This document shows positions 24,301 to 38,408 of a stretch of 44,749 bases of DNA, one piece after another (the stretch's first letter is position 1; the number at the start of each line of letters is the position of its first letter). The stretch lies in assembly GCA_000934665.2 (NCBI GenBank), contig JYFJ02003231.1:1-44749 (forward strand), read 5' to 3'. A program made the position numbers and the translations under genes. The notes under the pieces are model-generated. The model searched no databases. It was not told the origin of the DNA and saw only the letters and a list, made by a program, of their open reading frames with translations. The DNA comes from Catajapyx aquilonaris (taxonomy: Eukaryota).

Positions 24301-25469
24301 TGAAAGTGGCTCCACATTAGCTACCTTGCAAATGACTCAGAAACTGGCCTCCTCCTGCATATAAAAAACTATTGTAGTATGTTACGAAGTTCCTGCATTA
24401 AGATTCCCATGCACGAGAAACACCTGATTGCGTAAAGGTTCAGGATTAATTCCGAGCGAAAAGCAAACATAATGGACAGCGTACCAATCGCTAATGCCGA
24501 AAAAAAAAAATCTCACTTTGAAAAAATTGGTAAAGAGTCTTCAAAGTCATACGACACCTAAAGAATCTAGAAATGGCTACAAATCATATGCGTCCGCCAA
24601 TGAAAAACATACGATACACAAATGCTTATAAGCTTGATAAGCCACCATCTCAAGCGCAACAATATGACACTGCTACGTCCTACGTGAACATATAATTATC
24701 ATAATAAACCAAAATTGAACTCGTTTACATCAGGCAGACCTTCAGCGAATACAGAGCATTGATGGGCCGAAATGTGAACGATCAATCACTCTAATACGAA
24801 GCAGCAGAATGCAAATGTATCCTCAATCTCAATGACATGGAGCGACTGTGTGGAACATAAATTCGGTTTCTTCTCATGGTGGTTTCGCAAGGCCCAAAAT
24901 GGTCTTGTAGACATGAGTGACAATGTCTCACCTCGAACCACAATGCAATTGTGGTTTTCACCATGTAAGTAATCTTTCTGTTGAACATCTCTAAGAGGTG
25001 TAATAACAGCAAAATGAAAGGTAATGAGTAATTAGGAGAAATTATGCAATGCATGAAGACTGCTACCAGGCATGGGCATTAAATCTTCGAGAATAAATTC
25101 CTAATGTGATATTCCTCTTCCCAACTGGAAGGCGCCACCACCAGCAAGAGCCGGTCAATCTGGTCAAGCCGGCAGATCCCTGTGTCCGCCAATAACAAAT
25201 CTGAAGACTGACGTGGTAGTACATATTGCTATTTCGGAGAATCCAAATTCGATTTGTGCGTTTGCCGGTTGTGCTGAAAAGCATTTATACAGTGATAGGC
25301 CGAAGAAATTGTCGAAATGACGGATACTTTCAATTCGGATCACAAGGCTATTTGGCAACGCACTTATGGCTATTCATATATGAGTACACATTATTTTGTA
25401 CATCATTTTAAATATAACTAACTCTCAGATATGCACAAGATGAAAGAATTCCGTATGGTGACAAACGTC

Positions 25470-26145
25470 CTTCTTGCACCTAGTAACGTATAGGGCGAAA
25501 AACATGTCGAGAGCACCAAGGACCAAAGACAGACGTACGTCCATACATTGAACACAACCCATAACAAGATTGTCAAAAAGAAACGGCGATACTGGGAATT
25601 CATTTCAAAAGCTTACTGATGTGTCAATGGAGTAAACAATGAGAACTGATCTGCTCCATAATTATGTTCACCACAGTAAGGCAAAGTGGTAGTAGCTACC
25701 AGTTGCGAAAAACCCAGAGACATTGGAATATTATACAGCAACAAGTGCTTAATTAATTGGCTACTGAATTTTAGGAATTATGCATAATTAAATTCATTTG
25801 CATAAAGTTTATACATTAATATTTATTTTCACATCAAATCAAGGGTCTACATTTTAGGTTGTGGAGTCCTCATATTTCATGAGAGTTAAACTTTTTCCTC
25901 TGCATAACTCCATTGAACCAATGTTTGACAGAACAGTGAAGAGTTAGACACGCAGGAATCTGTAGAAGAGTGCAAGTTAATTACATATCGCTCATTGCGT
26001 ATACAGAAATTTTACGTTTCTATTAACTTACAGTGAGGTTGCTCAACAACATTGCAGTGCCATAATAAACCAATCCTGACGACGATGATTACGGAGTACC
26101 TACTTGTTTTACTGGGAAGACGACTATTACATTGGTGATCACTAC
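25470..26145 (+). pseudogene. EEP domain relic sandwiched between two others
   Basis: Follows SDHKAI (25335-25352). It starts NV*GEKH (25485-25505) and ends TT-DYG (26079-26095) and GDHY (26134-26145). The next domain's LVSET is at 26191-26205. Confidence 0.55.
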
Positions 26146-26919
26146 GATGCTGACGAAGATGCAATCCGGCTAACAAACTGCAACAAACTTTTAGTTTCTG
26201 AAACCAGAATGCGCAGTACACTTCCTGCAGTCGAAGACAGCGCGAATAGAGCCAGTAATTGCAGCACTAAATCAAATCACAATGTACCAGGTACTATTAA
26301 TATTTTGAGACTCTCTTGTTACGTTTTGTAATAAATAATACCGATTTAATTCCCACTCACGGCGCGCTCTGGCCAAATGCTGCGACATCAACATATTCGA
26401 CGAGCTCAACCACGACAGTTGGCGAGGAGAGAAAAAAAATACCACATTTAAAAATATTTTTCTATTGCCAATTCATTATTATTCCACCTAATATTGTTTG
26501 ATCTCGTCAAGTAGGTAATGATTGGGTAAGGAAGTCTCCCCTAATGGTTACGACTCCTCTAATAAGAAGAACGCTACGTGAAGTCAGAGAATAATCATTT
26601 CCGTTCCCGATCATCCTATTTCTCACATTGCTCCACAAAATGCAGATAATATTGTACGAAATATTATACGGAAAATTAATTCATTAATATTGCAGATATA
26701 CACTGTGTGAAAACGGAGAAAGTCAAATAATATTACGGGAAGATGTTCATCAAATTCAGGATGATTCTCTTTCTCATTATAGGTTATTGCCAATAAATGA
26801 ATCTTGATAAGGCCTACAGGAATCCACAAAAGTTCATGGGGACGCCTGTGGGTTGTCAGGATGTGCCACTTTCAAGTGTGCAGGGCAGGTGAGCCCTTCA
26901 AGCTGTCTGATCATGGTGT

Positions 26920-27595
26920 GCAAATGCTCATCCTGGAAGAAGTGGGAGGTGAGGAAATTGAAGTGACGTACAAGAAGATATCATGTTCCGTTCCGACCTT
27001 CACACCTGCCGTAATTCGAAGAAGACACATGCTAAGAAATTGAGCCGAGTTACAAGGACTTAACAGACCTTTCCAGATTTTTTCCCAGTAATCCATAGCC
27101 GGAATTGTAAGCAATGAAGATCTCTGGTATACGGGTATTACATTATTCATTTCAGACAAAAAGAGGCCCAAACCCGGACTAACTACAGACACAACTAAAT
27201 CAGGACATCGTCGGGATTGTATCCTTCTTAGGGGAGAAGGCCACTACAGACAGAGTTTGCACATTAAACACAAGAAGTCATCATCAGATTTTCCTACAAT
27301 ACTTCTCTCATATCACATGATAAGAAGAAGAGAATACCTCCTTGGGTTAGTGTAGCCTATGTCAAACAGCGACTGGTCATCTTTTGTCCTTGGCAACGTA
27401 AGCAAAATACAAGAATTTCACTTTTACTCCGTCCACTTCAGCCTGATGAAGAGCACCATATTAGTAATGGAACCAGGTTGGCAACACTAAAGTCTTGTTT
27501 TATATCAGTGGAGTAGGCGACGGCATTCCCATTCAATACAGGCCTATAAGAACCGTATTGTGACGGATACTTTCCATTCGGATCATGAGGCTATT
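26920..27595 (+). pseudogene. EEP domain relic
   Basis: Lies between SDH (26906-26914) and SDHEAI (27578-27595), 672 bp apart. It contains FPVIHSR (27082), GITLFISDK (27134-27160), IVGI, VII-DF and NGTRL. Confidence 0.6.
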
Positions 27596-27639
27596 TAGCA
27601 AACCCTTGCTATTCATATTTATGTCCACGTTAACATATC

Positions 27640-28290
27640 CTATAGCCTCACACATCATCATCAAACATGTTGCAAGCACCAAAGTACAAAGACAGACGTA
27701 TGTCCTTACCTTGAAATATCAACACAGCCAATAACAAGAGTGTCAAATGCAAGCAGTAATGTTTGGAAGTCTACATCACTTCAAAAGCTGCCTAATGTGT
27801 CGATGAAGTAGACGATTAGAACTAATCAGCTTCATCATAATTATATTCACCACAGTAATTAAGGCAGAGCGACACGTGCCCCATACCATATTGAGGGAAA
27901 TTGGAATATCATCCAGCAACAAGTGCTTAATTAATTGTCTACTGAATTTCAGAAATTGTGCACAATCAAACCATATATTCATTTGCATAATGTTTATAAA
28001 AATTTATACTTATTTTCACGTCAAGGCAACGGTCTTAATTTTCGGTTGTGAAGTCCTCATATTTCATGAGAGTTAAACCTTGCATAACTCAATTTAACCA
28101 ACATTTGACAGAGAACAGTGAAGATGTAGACAAGCAGGAGAACAGTGCAAATAAACCGTTTTCGTTGCAAGTTAATTCCGTACCACTCATTGCGCCGACA
28201 GAAATTTTACTTTTTTTATTAATGAGGCTGCTCAACAACATTACACTACATTATGAACCAGTCCTGACGTCTTATTTTAATTTCTGAAGT
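27640..28290 (+). repeat. Paralog of 25470-26080 (and 24020-24180); EEP domain relic
   Basis: Shared blocks CAAAGACAGACGTA, TTCACCACAGTAA, CAGCAACAAGTGCT and GTCCTCATATTTCATGAGAGTTAAAC. Confidence 0.75.
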
Positions 28291-29328
28291 TGTTGTGGTT
28301 TGCACAACAATCGATTGACCTTACAGTTATTCGCTTCATAGTTTCCGAACTCCACGAAAAAGCGATAAGACAGTCAATTGTATTGCGAAGTTGCGACAAT
28401 ACATTATTTCTTCAAATTACCCCACGTGTATTGTGTATACTGATATTTTGTAGATAGGTGCAGTCATTTTCACACTACTCCAACTACACTGCTGCTGAGT
28501 GTTTTGGTGACATCACCTATTCACATGAACCTATATCACATGAACCTATTCAGTAGCCTCGCAAATCATGGCCAACCTTTCCAAGCACCTGTGACCATTT
28601 TACTTTTGTTTCATATGTATCGCGTGTTTTCTTACACACATGGAGAAGAATTGATTTGACTTTTTTCAACTTGGAATGTTGGGTATGTCCTCAAATTTGT
28701 CCAACTGTCGTCGATCGGTCTGTACCACCATGAATCACTGTATCATGTTTTGTACTAGACTGTTCCACCTACCCTGCTTTACCCACAATGCTGTTCACCC
28801 AACTATATCAACCTCGGTTTCCTTTCCGTCGAGACCTTTTGGTCTCCCACACCTCGGTGGGACCACTGGTCGCCCCTCTCCTTCCCTATTCTTCTTTTCT
28901 TTCCTTCACCTCATTTCGTGTCACGTGTCATCACTTTTGGCTAGATTCAAATATATGGAGGACTTTGGACTTAACCCGCTTTTCAACTTTTTGGTGACCA
29001 CCCTTTTGCCCTCTCACCTTGCCTGGCCGTTCCGGTCACACACCTATGTCCAAAGACAGACGTATGTCCTTACATAGAAGCATCAACACAGTCGATACCA
29101 AAATAGTCAAATGTAAGATTATTGTTGATGCTTTGGCTAGTTGAGACGCAGAAATTACACCAACTACGGGCAAGGACATCAGCCTTGGCCATTCAACAGT
29201 GACAGCCTAGCAGAAGAAGAAGAATAAGCTAACCAACTTGCTAACGTTCACGTAATGAAATAACTGCGCATTTTGAAATGTGTCAAATAACATGCCACTT
29301 TGTGTGATGCACGTAATTCATCATGTCA

Positions 29329-29373
29329 CTGCTTGGCGCAGTATAGCCATTGCTGCTGTTGCGCCATTAAACC

Positions 29374-29409
<36 letters not shown>
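29329..29409 (+). mobile_element. 5'-truncated retroposon 3' end with (TCAA)n tail
   Basis: ...CTGTTGCGCCATTAAACCT(TCAA)n flanked by the direct repeat ATCATGTCA (29320-29328, 29410-29418). Confidence 0.7.
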
Positions 29410-29414
<5 letters not shown>

Positions 29415-32400
29415 GTCAACCATCACTGCTGGATGATATCATTGTGTCCCACAAGATGATCCATTATCCAAACTAGAACCTTGTTAATCTCCTGTAAGAA
29501 GCTATGAGGCAGGCTCATACTGCTTACAATCCTTACATGCAATATTTCCAAACCAGTTTTCATTATGATAAAAAATCATTTAAAAATATATGAAAGATCC
29601 TATTCACTGCATATTAAATATGCTTTTAATTAACAACTCAATTGAATCCATAAACAATGATTCAATAACATACTCATACATACTCATAGCATCACATATA
29701 ATCACACTATATAATTATATCATTTTTTCAGCATTTACGTACGAATAAATAAATAAACAAACTGGAAAAGGCCGGTACTGTGCAGCTATGGTACTCTGGA
29801 CTTACTTATTCTGGCGACGAGGACATGTAACTCCAATTGAATCGAGGTGCAACATCAGTACTGTGCGTAATCCAAGTAGGCAATAATCCAACCCAAAAAG
29901 TAAATTCTCATTGTGTGCAACTCTGCTCATAACATTTATTTAATATTCATTATTAATTTGTACACAATGCTGGGAATTATTCCTCTGCAGAACATAATAT
30001 TACCGATAATCAAAATCGTCTATCCAATTAATCATTCGATCACAAATTTTGTTTTCCCAAATAATTCAAACAAATTGCCTCCCACCGGTATGAACCTAAC
30101 GAAGCTACCGCCGACAAATATCAGGATGTAAAAGAGGAGCTACTCAGCGTACATAAGCCGCACCACAACGGCAAGGTGTTTTATTATGCATAAGAGATGA
30201 GAAATAAACTTATTTAACTAAAATATCTGGAAGAAATTGAGCATCATGCAAATCAGATCGTGTAATTCTTGCTGCGTAGTGTTTATTAAGGAAAAGTAGG
30301 AGCAGGTTGTGCTGAAAAGCACCCACAGTGATGAGCTAAAGGAATGGTCGAAATGTCACCATATCAATCTCCAGGGAATGTGTCCCATTAAGCAAGATTT
30401 ACTACTAGTACAATACCTCCATCCATATTATCTCCGATCAAACTAATGTCATTCATGATTGTGTGCACTCCTCTCATACACAAGTATTCTTCTTACATTC
30501 CTAGGCCAACGTATGTGGGAATTCCAATAGCGCTGACTTGTACCACAAACAGACGGACACATAACGATCAGATGTCACATCTTTCCCAGTAATCCATAGC
30601 AGGTATTGTAAGCCATCAAAATATCTCTCTTCCTCTCTCTGGTGTACAGGCAGGCCGAGAATAAGTACCTGTTCTAATATCAAATTATGCTCCCATTTCA
30701 TATCAAGGATGGCCCCATGCGCTCGGCGGACGACATCTAACGCCCTTCTCCAACTTACTCAAACATTGGAGTTAAATCATCTGTCACGTCGAGGGATTAT
30801 TGGACCAGAGACTGCGCGCATTGGAGAGGCTTATTTTCGATCAAACCCATGTACCAGTGAGAAACGTCAGACACCCCAAGCTAATAACCCAGATAGCCGA
30901 CCTGACAAGCCCAGCTCTTTCATGAATGCCTGTCGTATAGATGTCAGATCGTTAGAATAATAATTTCAACCATATGTGGTGTCCTACAAAGGATGACGAG
31001 GGGGGAAAAAGACAGTGACACATTCCAGGTGAGAGATGTAGAATAGATGCATTTAAAGAAAAAGCATTTAAAGAAAAAGCATTTCAAGCTAGTTTAAAAA
31101 AATGCCAATTAGCTTTCGGCACACTACGTCGAGAACATGGAGCTATGCCCACGTACACGTGAATATTTGTTAAAATAAATATTGTTTAATTCCCAATTTC
31201 ACGTCAGAATATCCATACAATTTATTTATATGCATTAATATTGCCAGTTATTAACAAAGGGACACAAAAACATGTCTGGGGCATTGCATCACGCACAGCA
31301 CAGGAAAACCAATCGTGACGCACACTTGTGATTTGTAGTGGTGGGAGGGTCGTGGGCAACGTGAATTCACATTACCTAGCTACCTGGCTACACTGTGCTG
31401 GTTGAAAAGGGACAACCGTGGTTACTTTCCAACTTTTACAATACTCAGGACAATGAGTGCGACCAGCGGTCGGTGACCCCATAGGTCTGCCAGAGTCGCG
31501 ACTGGTTCGGAGGAAGATTTGATTCCCGCCTCCGCCGCTCCACCTACATCAGCATGGTCACAATGTAATTACATGACAATATACACCATTCACGCGAGGC
31601 AGCCGCAGAGCAGTCTAGCTCCGATGTGTATGCGATGGAAAAATATTATATGAAGATACCTCTGGGCCAAACATAACATTTTGTGCATGAGGCTGACAGA
31701 AAGCTTTTCAGGAAGGTAAAAAATCTCACATGTCACCGTTGACATGTGTGATTCTTCCGGGAAATCACACTTGACATGTGGGGGTTTTGTAGGAAAATGT
31801 TGAAAGGAGCTGATTTTTCCCTTCAATATCTCCAACAACAGATTTTCTTCCCCCTCAGAAATTGGAGAGAAGCATTGCATGGAGGGCTTCCGAAAGTATG
31901 TGATACTACCATTAACTCTTTTTTTTTTTTTTTCAAAATTGATGACATATGGGATTTTACGAGAAACCCTTCAATTTCTCGGGCAAAAGGAGGTGACGAA
32001 ATTTTCACAGTCCACCCAGATCGATTCTTCTTTTGCCCATGTATTTGCTTACTCTCGGAGAGGACTCAGATCATGCCGTTCATGCCCTCACCCTTAATTA
32101 TTCACCTGCAGGGCCTGGAACTCTGAAGCGTAAGTTGTTATTATTTTTGGTGATTTTTCTCTGATGGGTTATACCCTATATCACAATAAATATTAAACGA
32201 GTGATTAGACACTAAAATATTTGTCATCCAATATTCGCCTCTTTGGAGGAATTCTCACATGCATGAACAGTACTAAGACTATCACGAACCACAGAATTGC
32301 GGACGATGCTACGCTGGACACATTGTAGCAATGAAATTACACGCACCATGGATGAAGTGCATATCACAATGGCACTCGTGGAAAACAATGTTCCATCAAA

Positions 32401-35400
32401 TATTGAACTATGGATAGGACCTAGCTTGATGTTTTTGTATTCATCCTGTCATAGTTGTTACAGTTTGTCAATTTTCTGCAAGAGGTAAGAGAGCCATTAA
32501 ATGTTGACTGCTGTTCTGTTTATTTCATACACTTTAAATGCAATAACTACTGGCCCGAACACCATCCAAATCTTCATCCAAATATGACGAAAATAAAAGA
32601 CGTCGTACAAGGCCAGTGTCAAACACCCAATCGATATAGCATACTTGTTAGTGTAAATCGAGCTTAAGTTTTCCAAATCAGCGTCACCTGACCAACTGTA
32701 ACGTTCCGACCTTGAAACATACCGCCATTGGAGACAAAGAAGACACATTATAAGAAATTAGGCAAGTTGAAACAACTTATCGGAAATCACACCTTTGCCA
32801 GCAATCATTAACAAGTATTATAAGCAATGGGAGTGTGCGCCTTCATGAGCAACAGCCATGAGCAACAATTTTTTTGTTTTGTTTTAAACAACCCAGTGTG
32901 TTACTTCAAATTGGTATAAGTGTTTATTTGAAGAATCATACAACATCTCATTTGATCTGTCAAATATAACGTGCACATATTAAAGAGAGTAATCGGTATA
33001 ATATCCACAGGGAGGAGGAAAGACTGGTTCACTTCGTGACTTTTACTTCACACTATCGAATATAGCCATCATAACACAACACTGCATAAATGTAAAAATT
33101 TTCCAGTTGTCAAATAAAGAAAGTGAGGTAGATCAGAAGGACCAAGCTATGAAAGCAAACTATGCTTGAAGTCAAACATTTCCTTGAGGATGAAGGAAGA
33201 CCACCTGCAGGTCACCTGAGAGCGAGAAAAATACCAAAACATGGCAAAACGTACCGGAAGAGAGCTACCAAGATCACACAAATTAAAATCACATACAATC
33301 CACAGTGGACGGCGACTCTGCGACCGAACTGTTGGTCACTTTTCCTCCAGTTCAATCTGTTCGTTTCTCCAAGTTCCTTGTTTTGCAAAATCGTGTGACA
33401 TCACAGTTTCTCGTTTCATAACTTATGCAGTCCACGATGCAGCAATAAAACAGCCACACTGTTTACAAGTTGTGAAAAAATTATTAATAACGTAAGGACA
33501 CTCTTTTCGTCATTCTACATGACCCATCTCGATTCCAAAAGGCTGCCACACTATAGAAGGGGGGTGATGAGAGGTCAGATCCTTGTAAACAGTCCTGATC
33601 TTGGTGAGCGACTGCTCATCCTGGAAAAAGTGGGGTGTGAACCCTTACCTTGAGGTCAAATACACATCGTCGTACTCCTCTGGTAATGCTATAATGTTAC
33701 GCAGAATTCCAGTAAGTAATAGGAATCTGTATCTTCCGTACTTCCCACTATGTGGGCCAGCCTGTGGCATTCATTTTTGGATTCATAGTGTGCATTATAT
33801 GCATATTTGATACAATGCTAAAGCGTCAGAGCAACTGATGCTGTTTGGACGTAAGAAAATGCAACAATGGGATAGATGGATATAGAAGCTCCACAGACAT
33901 CTCCGAGAAGGTTTGGAAATCTACAACCTGACGTAAAATCTAAAATACATCAACATGGTCACAATATAATTTATATATCATCCACACGAGGCAGGTGCAG
34001 AGCAGTCTAGCCAGAAAGGGCTTAAAACCTGCCGAATATTCCTATGATTTAAATGGAAGTGCTAAGTCAAAAATGCCTGGGCTGGATATATAAGAATATG
34101 ACTCGGCCCGAGCCAACACTCAAATCTCTACATTACATTATGGAAAGTTCAATTAAACTGTCAAGGCATGAGAAATAATAATTCAATGTTGCTGTATTAC
34201 AGCAAACTAGTGCAAATTGTGCGTCCCAAGTTGTGCTACTGTGATTATTATCAGTCGTAATGATCATAAAAATGGTTTGAACATTAGCATAATAAATGCT
34301 TCACATTAAGTACAGAAACCTGCTCTGGCGTCCCTCAACATGGTAATTCACTAAAGGTTTCGACAAAGAATGGGTCTCGATGTATGCCTAAGCCAGACTA
34401 CGGAGCATCAAATGGAACCATAAACCATAAAGCCTAAGTAACAGGTGAGTTACAAATGGCATGCTCTCAGGTACGCATTGCATTACGATTACGCTAATTA
34501 CACGCAGCAGATACATATTTGCGGACTGGGCCGTTCCTGCAAGTGGAATTGAATATACATTACCTACAGAAAGATCAATATTATTATTGGTTACATTCGC
34601 AATTCTGGCATGGAAGAGAGCACACTCTCACTCATGTGTTCCATAGCATATGGAGCGAATTTGTCTAAAAACCTTTCCTCTGATGTTAGTGGGGTGTCTA
34701 TGACGACCAGCACACGTCACAACAAGACGGCATGTGACGAGAATACACGTTACAAGATAAGTAAATAAGTCCGATAGATCAATGAGCTACGAAAGCAACC
34801 TGTGCTTGAAGGCAAACATTTCGCCTGAGGATGACGGACTTTTGAGAGCAAAGGGAACGTAGCACAGAAGCAGCGAGATGTGACAATAACCTCGCCTCCA
34901 GACGAAGACAGGCTTGTTCACCACTCACCAGTCACCAACTAGAGTTAATTCTTCTGAAGTTACACGCCATGGCATACAGGATGCAGCTTAAACCACATGA
35001 TGCCGTGGCTGGCATAAAACAACATTGAGTCGCTGCCATGGCCACCAAATTCCGCTGACCTAAACCCGACGGAAAGGATGTGGGAGAACATCAAGAAAGC
35101 TCAGGATAAGTCGCCTCCAGACAGTGGCAGGGTTGAATAACAAGCTGCCTGAATATTTTAGGTCATCGCTGGCAACTCCATTTAGGGAAAATGCCGTGAT
35201 TGATTGTGATTGTGTGTGACAATATGTGTATACCGCATCCACACGGGGCAGCGACGGAGCAGTCTAGCCAGAAAGGGCTTAAAACCTGCACCGATGTGGT
35301 GGATAAGATGGAAGAATATGTGAAGATAACTCTGGGCCAAACTTACTATCATGTGCTATACCATCATAAATATTTAATGAATTTGATCACAGATTGTGCC

Positions 35401-35963
35401 TTGAACTGAGCAGAGTCTAAATGAAGTCAACATTGCACATTTAGCCATAACAACAAGCTGTGAGAGAGATTTTTGCTGCATTTCCAAACAAGCAGAGTCT
35501 CATTTGCATTGAAATATGCTTACAACTTCCTATTGGAAATGAATGACACATTCAGTTCATCAATGGTGGTTTATGACAGTTTTGTTTCTCATTTCCAAGA
35601 ATTGGATACAATGTGAAAGTATATGTGCTACAGCAGTTGTTTCAAACTATCCCAAATGTCCAAGACATACATATCAATTATTAGTGTTATTCTCTAAAAG
35701 ATTTACCTTCATATGACTATGACCATGTGTTATTGACAGTGGCTAATGCCTTCCAGTTTTACCTGGAAGGATGCTCTTGCCTCATTCTACCAGGCTTTAC
35801 CTACGTCTGTCATTTTCTTCCCAAGCGGACTTGTTTCAATCTTGTAAGCCGCCTTTTCTGCCCATCATTTTCATTAGAAACTTGTGTTTGCCACAGTAAG
35901 CAAACCACTAAAATCACAAGCATGGGAATAATATCAATATGAGGCTTAAGAATAAGATTTCTA

Positions 35964-36100
35964 GTTTGGTTTATTAGGAAGAAGCCAAAGCAACTGTGGC
36001 TGTAGAAGTCTCAAAGGGGGGACAGATGGAGAGAGAAACGAAGAGGAAAAAGAAGACTGGCATCTCTCTTAGTCTGTCTCCTATCCCAAAGACCTGGACG
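35964..36100 (-). mobile_element. 5'-truncated copy of the RTE-derived SINE
   Basis: Matches 787-940, including the GTTTGGTTTATT tail. Confidence 0.75.
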
Positions 36101-36344
36101 GTTAGAGAAGATAACCAATGATGACGACCAACACAGACAGCAGTAAACTTTACGTAATGACAGAGGAGTATGAGGACTTAATTAGCGCATACTGCTACAC
36201 TGCACTCCGACTATAATTGACTCTTAGAGATTGCCCACTAAGACACATTTGCATGTTGTGAAAAGTGCTGCATGCAATTGTTACTATAAGCAATTATTGA
36301 TTTAATTAGCCTGACGAGTGTCCACTAACTTTGAATGTCACCTA

Positions 36345-36520
36345 GGGCGTTCCAAGACACTGACCTGAAACCGAAGCACTACACACCAGGGCATGAACTC
36401 CGGCTTCAACCAGAATGTTATGCAAATGTCCTCCAGAAACTCCAATTTTGGGACCTGGAAAATCAAGCAGCAAGATAGAGAAACAAAAATGTCTACCTCC
36501 TGGGAGAAACTCTTATAGTT
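36345..36520 (+). pseudogene. Gypsy-type integrase C-terminal (GPY/F module) relic
   Basis: Frameshifted KPKHYTPGHELRL...KLQ..GP(W)KI...NVYLL. Confidence 0.4.
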
Positions 36521-38408
36521 GATGCCATCAGTAAGAATTACAGTGATAATCAAGTAAAAGAGTCCATCAATTGTACCAAAAGATTGGTTCCATAGTTCCG
36601 TTAATCACACTACACAAATGACACAATAACATGTTATTTGAGTACAAAATGGGGCATTATTATCAAAATAATTATATCTGCACATACAATTGGCCTGTGG
36701 AGTGGAGTTCACTCTTCAAAGTTTCCATAATAGGTTTGTTCCTTTTTTTCGTTTATTGGAAATGAGCCAAATCGTCTGAGGTTATCTGGATAATTATGTG
36801 CAAAGCCGGGACAGATGGTGGTACCTGGAACAACCCGACCCAGTGCCTTGAAAGACGATTCATTGGAACATTTCATCAAAGAGTTATCAGCCTCTCTGCG
36901 GTACGGGTATGAGCACATCCAGAGGAAATAGCTGGATATGCAGCCTCAGCTGTGGACCAAAAACCCAAAGCCACTTATTTTATTACTTTTTTCGTCAGCT
37001 GAAGATTTCACAGTTTATTATGTAGCAAGACCAACTTATTCAGTTGTCAGCAACAAGTACAGAGTACAACAGAAGCCAATTTTGGGCACAATTAAGTAAC
37101 ATACACTCTGCATTGTCAATCATTGAAATGGTGGTGACAACACTGTTAGTTGGCACTTAAAACGTGTCATGTGCAGCTTTCAACTTCAACCACATGTCCA
37201 CATGAAAAACAGTACAACTATCAGTAGGATGGGATATTGTGATGTTCTATTGTTGGCCCTGCTGGGTTCGCATAGACTCCACAGAGCCATGGGACAATTT
37301 TATGCTTTTGCACTTCTCTGAGTGTGACTTATTTTCCCACACGCAGGTTAAGTTCTGGCACAGATAATATTGGAAGAGTGCATACATATCCGTCCTCATT
37401 TCTTTAAAGTTTTAAACTCTGTCAGTATGTTGCTACTCGGCTGCGTAACTTTTCCTCTGTTCATTGGGTTGGCTATTTGAATCATTCAGTTTCAAACCCT
37501 GAACAGCTGGCTTTTGCTCAATCTAATACTGTCTCATACACAAGCTTACTCAACAATGTACTTCTACAGCCTTCAGACCAAACTCCCTATTGGAAATGAT
37601 CTCATCTGGACATTCAATAAACTTGTACAATAAGTAATCTGTTACTTGGGTCAAGAGAGGCTCTCACAGAGATATTCACAGCTACTCTCACTTCTCTCTG
37701 CAACAAGTCACTCCATTGCCCTATCAAGTACAGTGTGACATCATTTGTTGGTAATAATATATTATTGCAGACCTTTGCTGCGAACACTACCACACTCTGA
37801 TCTTGCTTACAGTTCAAACTGTTCAAGTGCCACGACCCAGCTGATTGGCTGACATCCTCAGCATGTATATAGGCTACAGCTCGCCTGAAGTACCTAGCGT
37901 ACCTGAGAAAGTAGTACAGTAGATCCCGTCTAAGTGTAAAAGAAACCCTATACCCACAGCAAGGAAGACATCCACCGTCGATGAAAGCCCAACCCAGCTA
38001 TGTACAAAGTCATTCCTCTGACGTCACAATATCGCAGGAGTTACATGTCCAGGAAGGTTTTCTTCTGGCCAATAAACTTAACAACAAAAATGCACATAAA
38101 TTTTTAATCGCAGAAAATTAAGGGAAGGCTCGCCGAGTTCTTCTTTCTGGTAATGTCCTCATGTTACTATATGAAGTGATATGCAGCAGTTACAAGAGAT
38201 AGAAAGGACAATGGCTGTCCAGGTGCAACAACTGCACCCTAACTAAGGCCAGCTTGAAATCATGTTAAATAGTACATACAGAAATTTCCCCAACCTGACA
38301 ATCCATAGGCATGGACCGCGACTGAGAGTCATGCATGATTTTGATGATTAAAACGATTGACACATTTTCATATAACCATGTAGCTTCCATATCCAAACAT
38401 ATTACGCA

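Larger units (their letters stand above)
10860..35400 (+). pseudogene. Decayed head-to-tail array of APE1/EEP-type endonuclease domains, interrupted by other TEs
   Basis: Degenerate EEP motifs recur in the expected order (hNV, xET, FPVI...GhxhF, hYxP, GDFN, TT..G..hD, SDH), all on +. Many same-orientation dispersed repeats accompany them. Boundaries are approximate. Confidence 0.6.

Noticed and set aside
25145..25200. Minus-strand LLLADTGICRLDQIDRL resembling the MCM Walker-B region
   Set aside because: No flanking MCM motifs, so probably coincidental.
28330..28780. Minus-strand reverse-transcriptase-like relic
   Set aside because: Only vague resemblance (TKVKW...LRG), with no intact QG/YADD motif.
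37300..37850. Minus-strand gag/zinc-knuckle-like reading (CGKISHTQR)
   Set aside because: Incomplete CCHC, and it conflicts with the + strand env-like reading that has paralog support.
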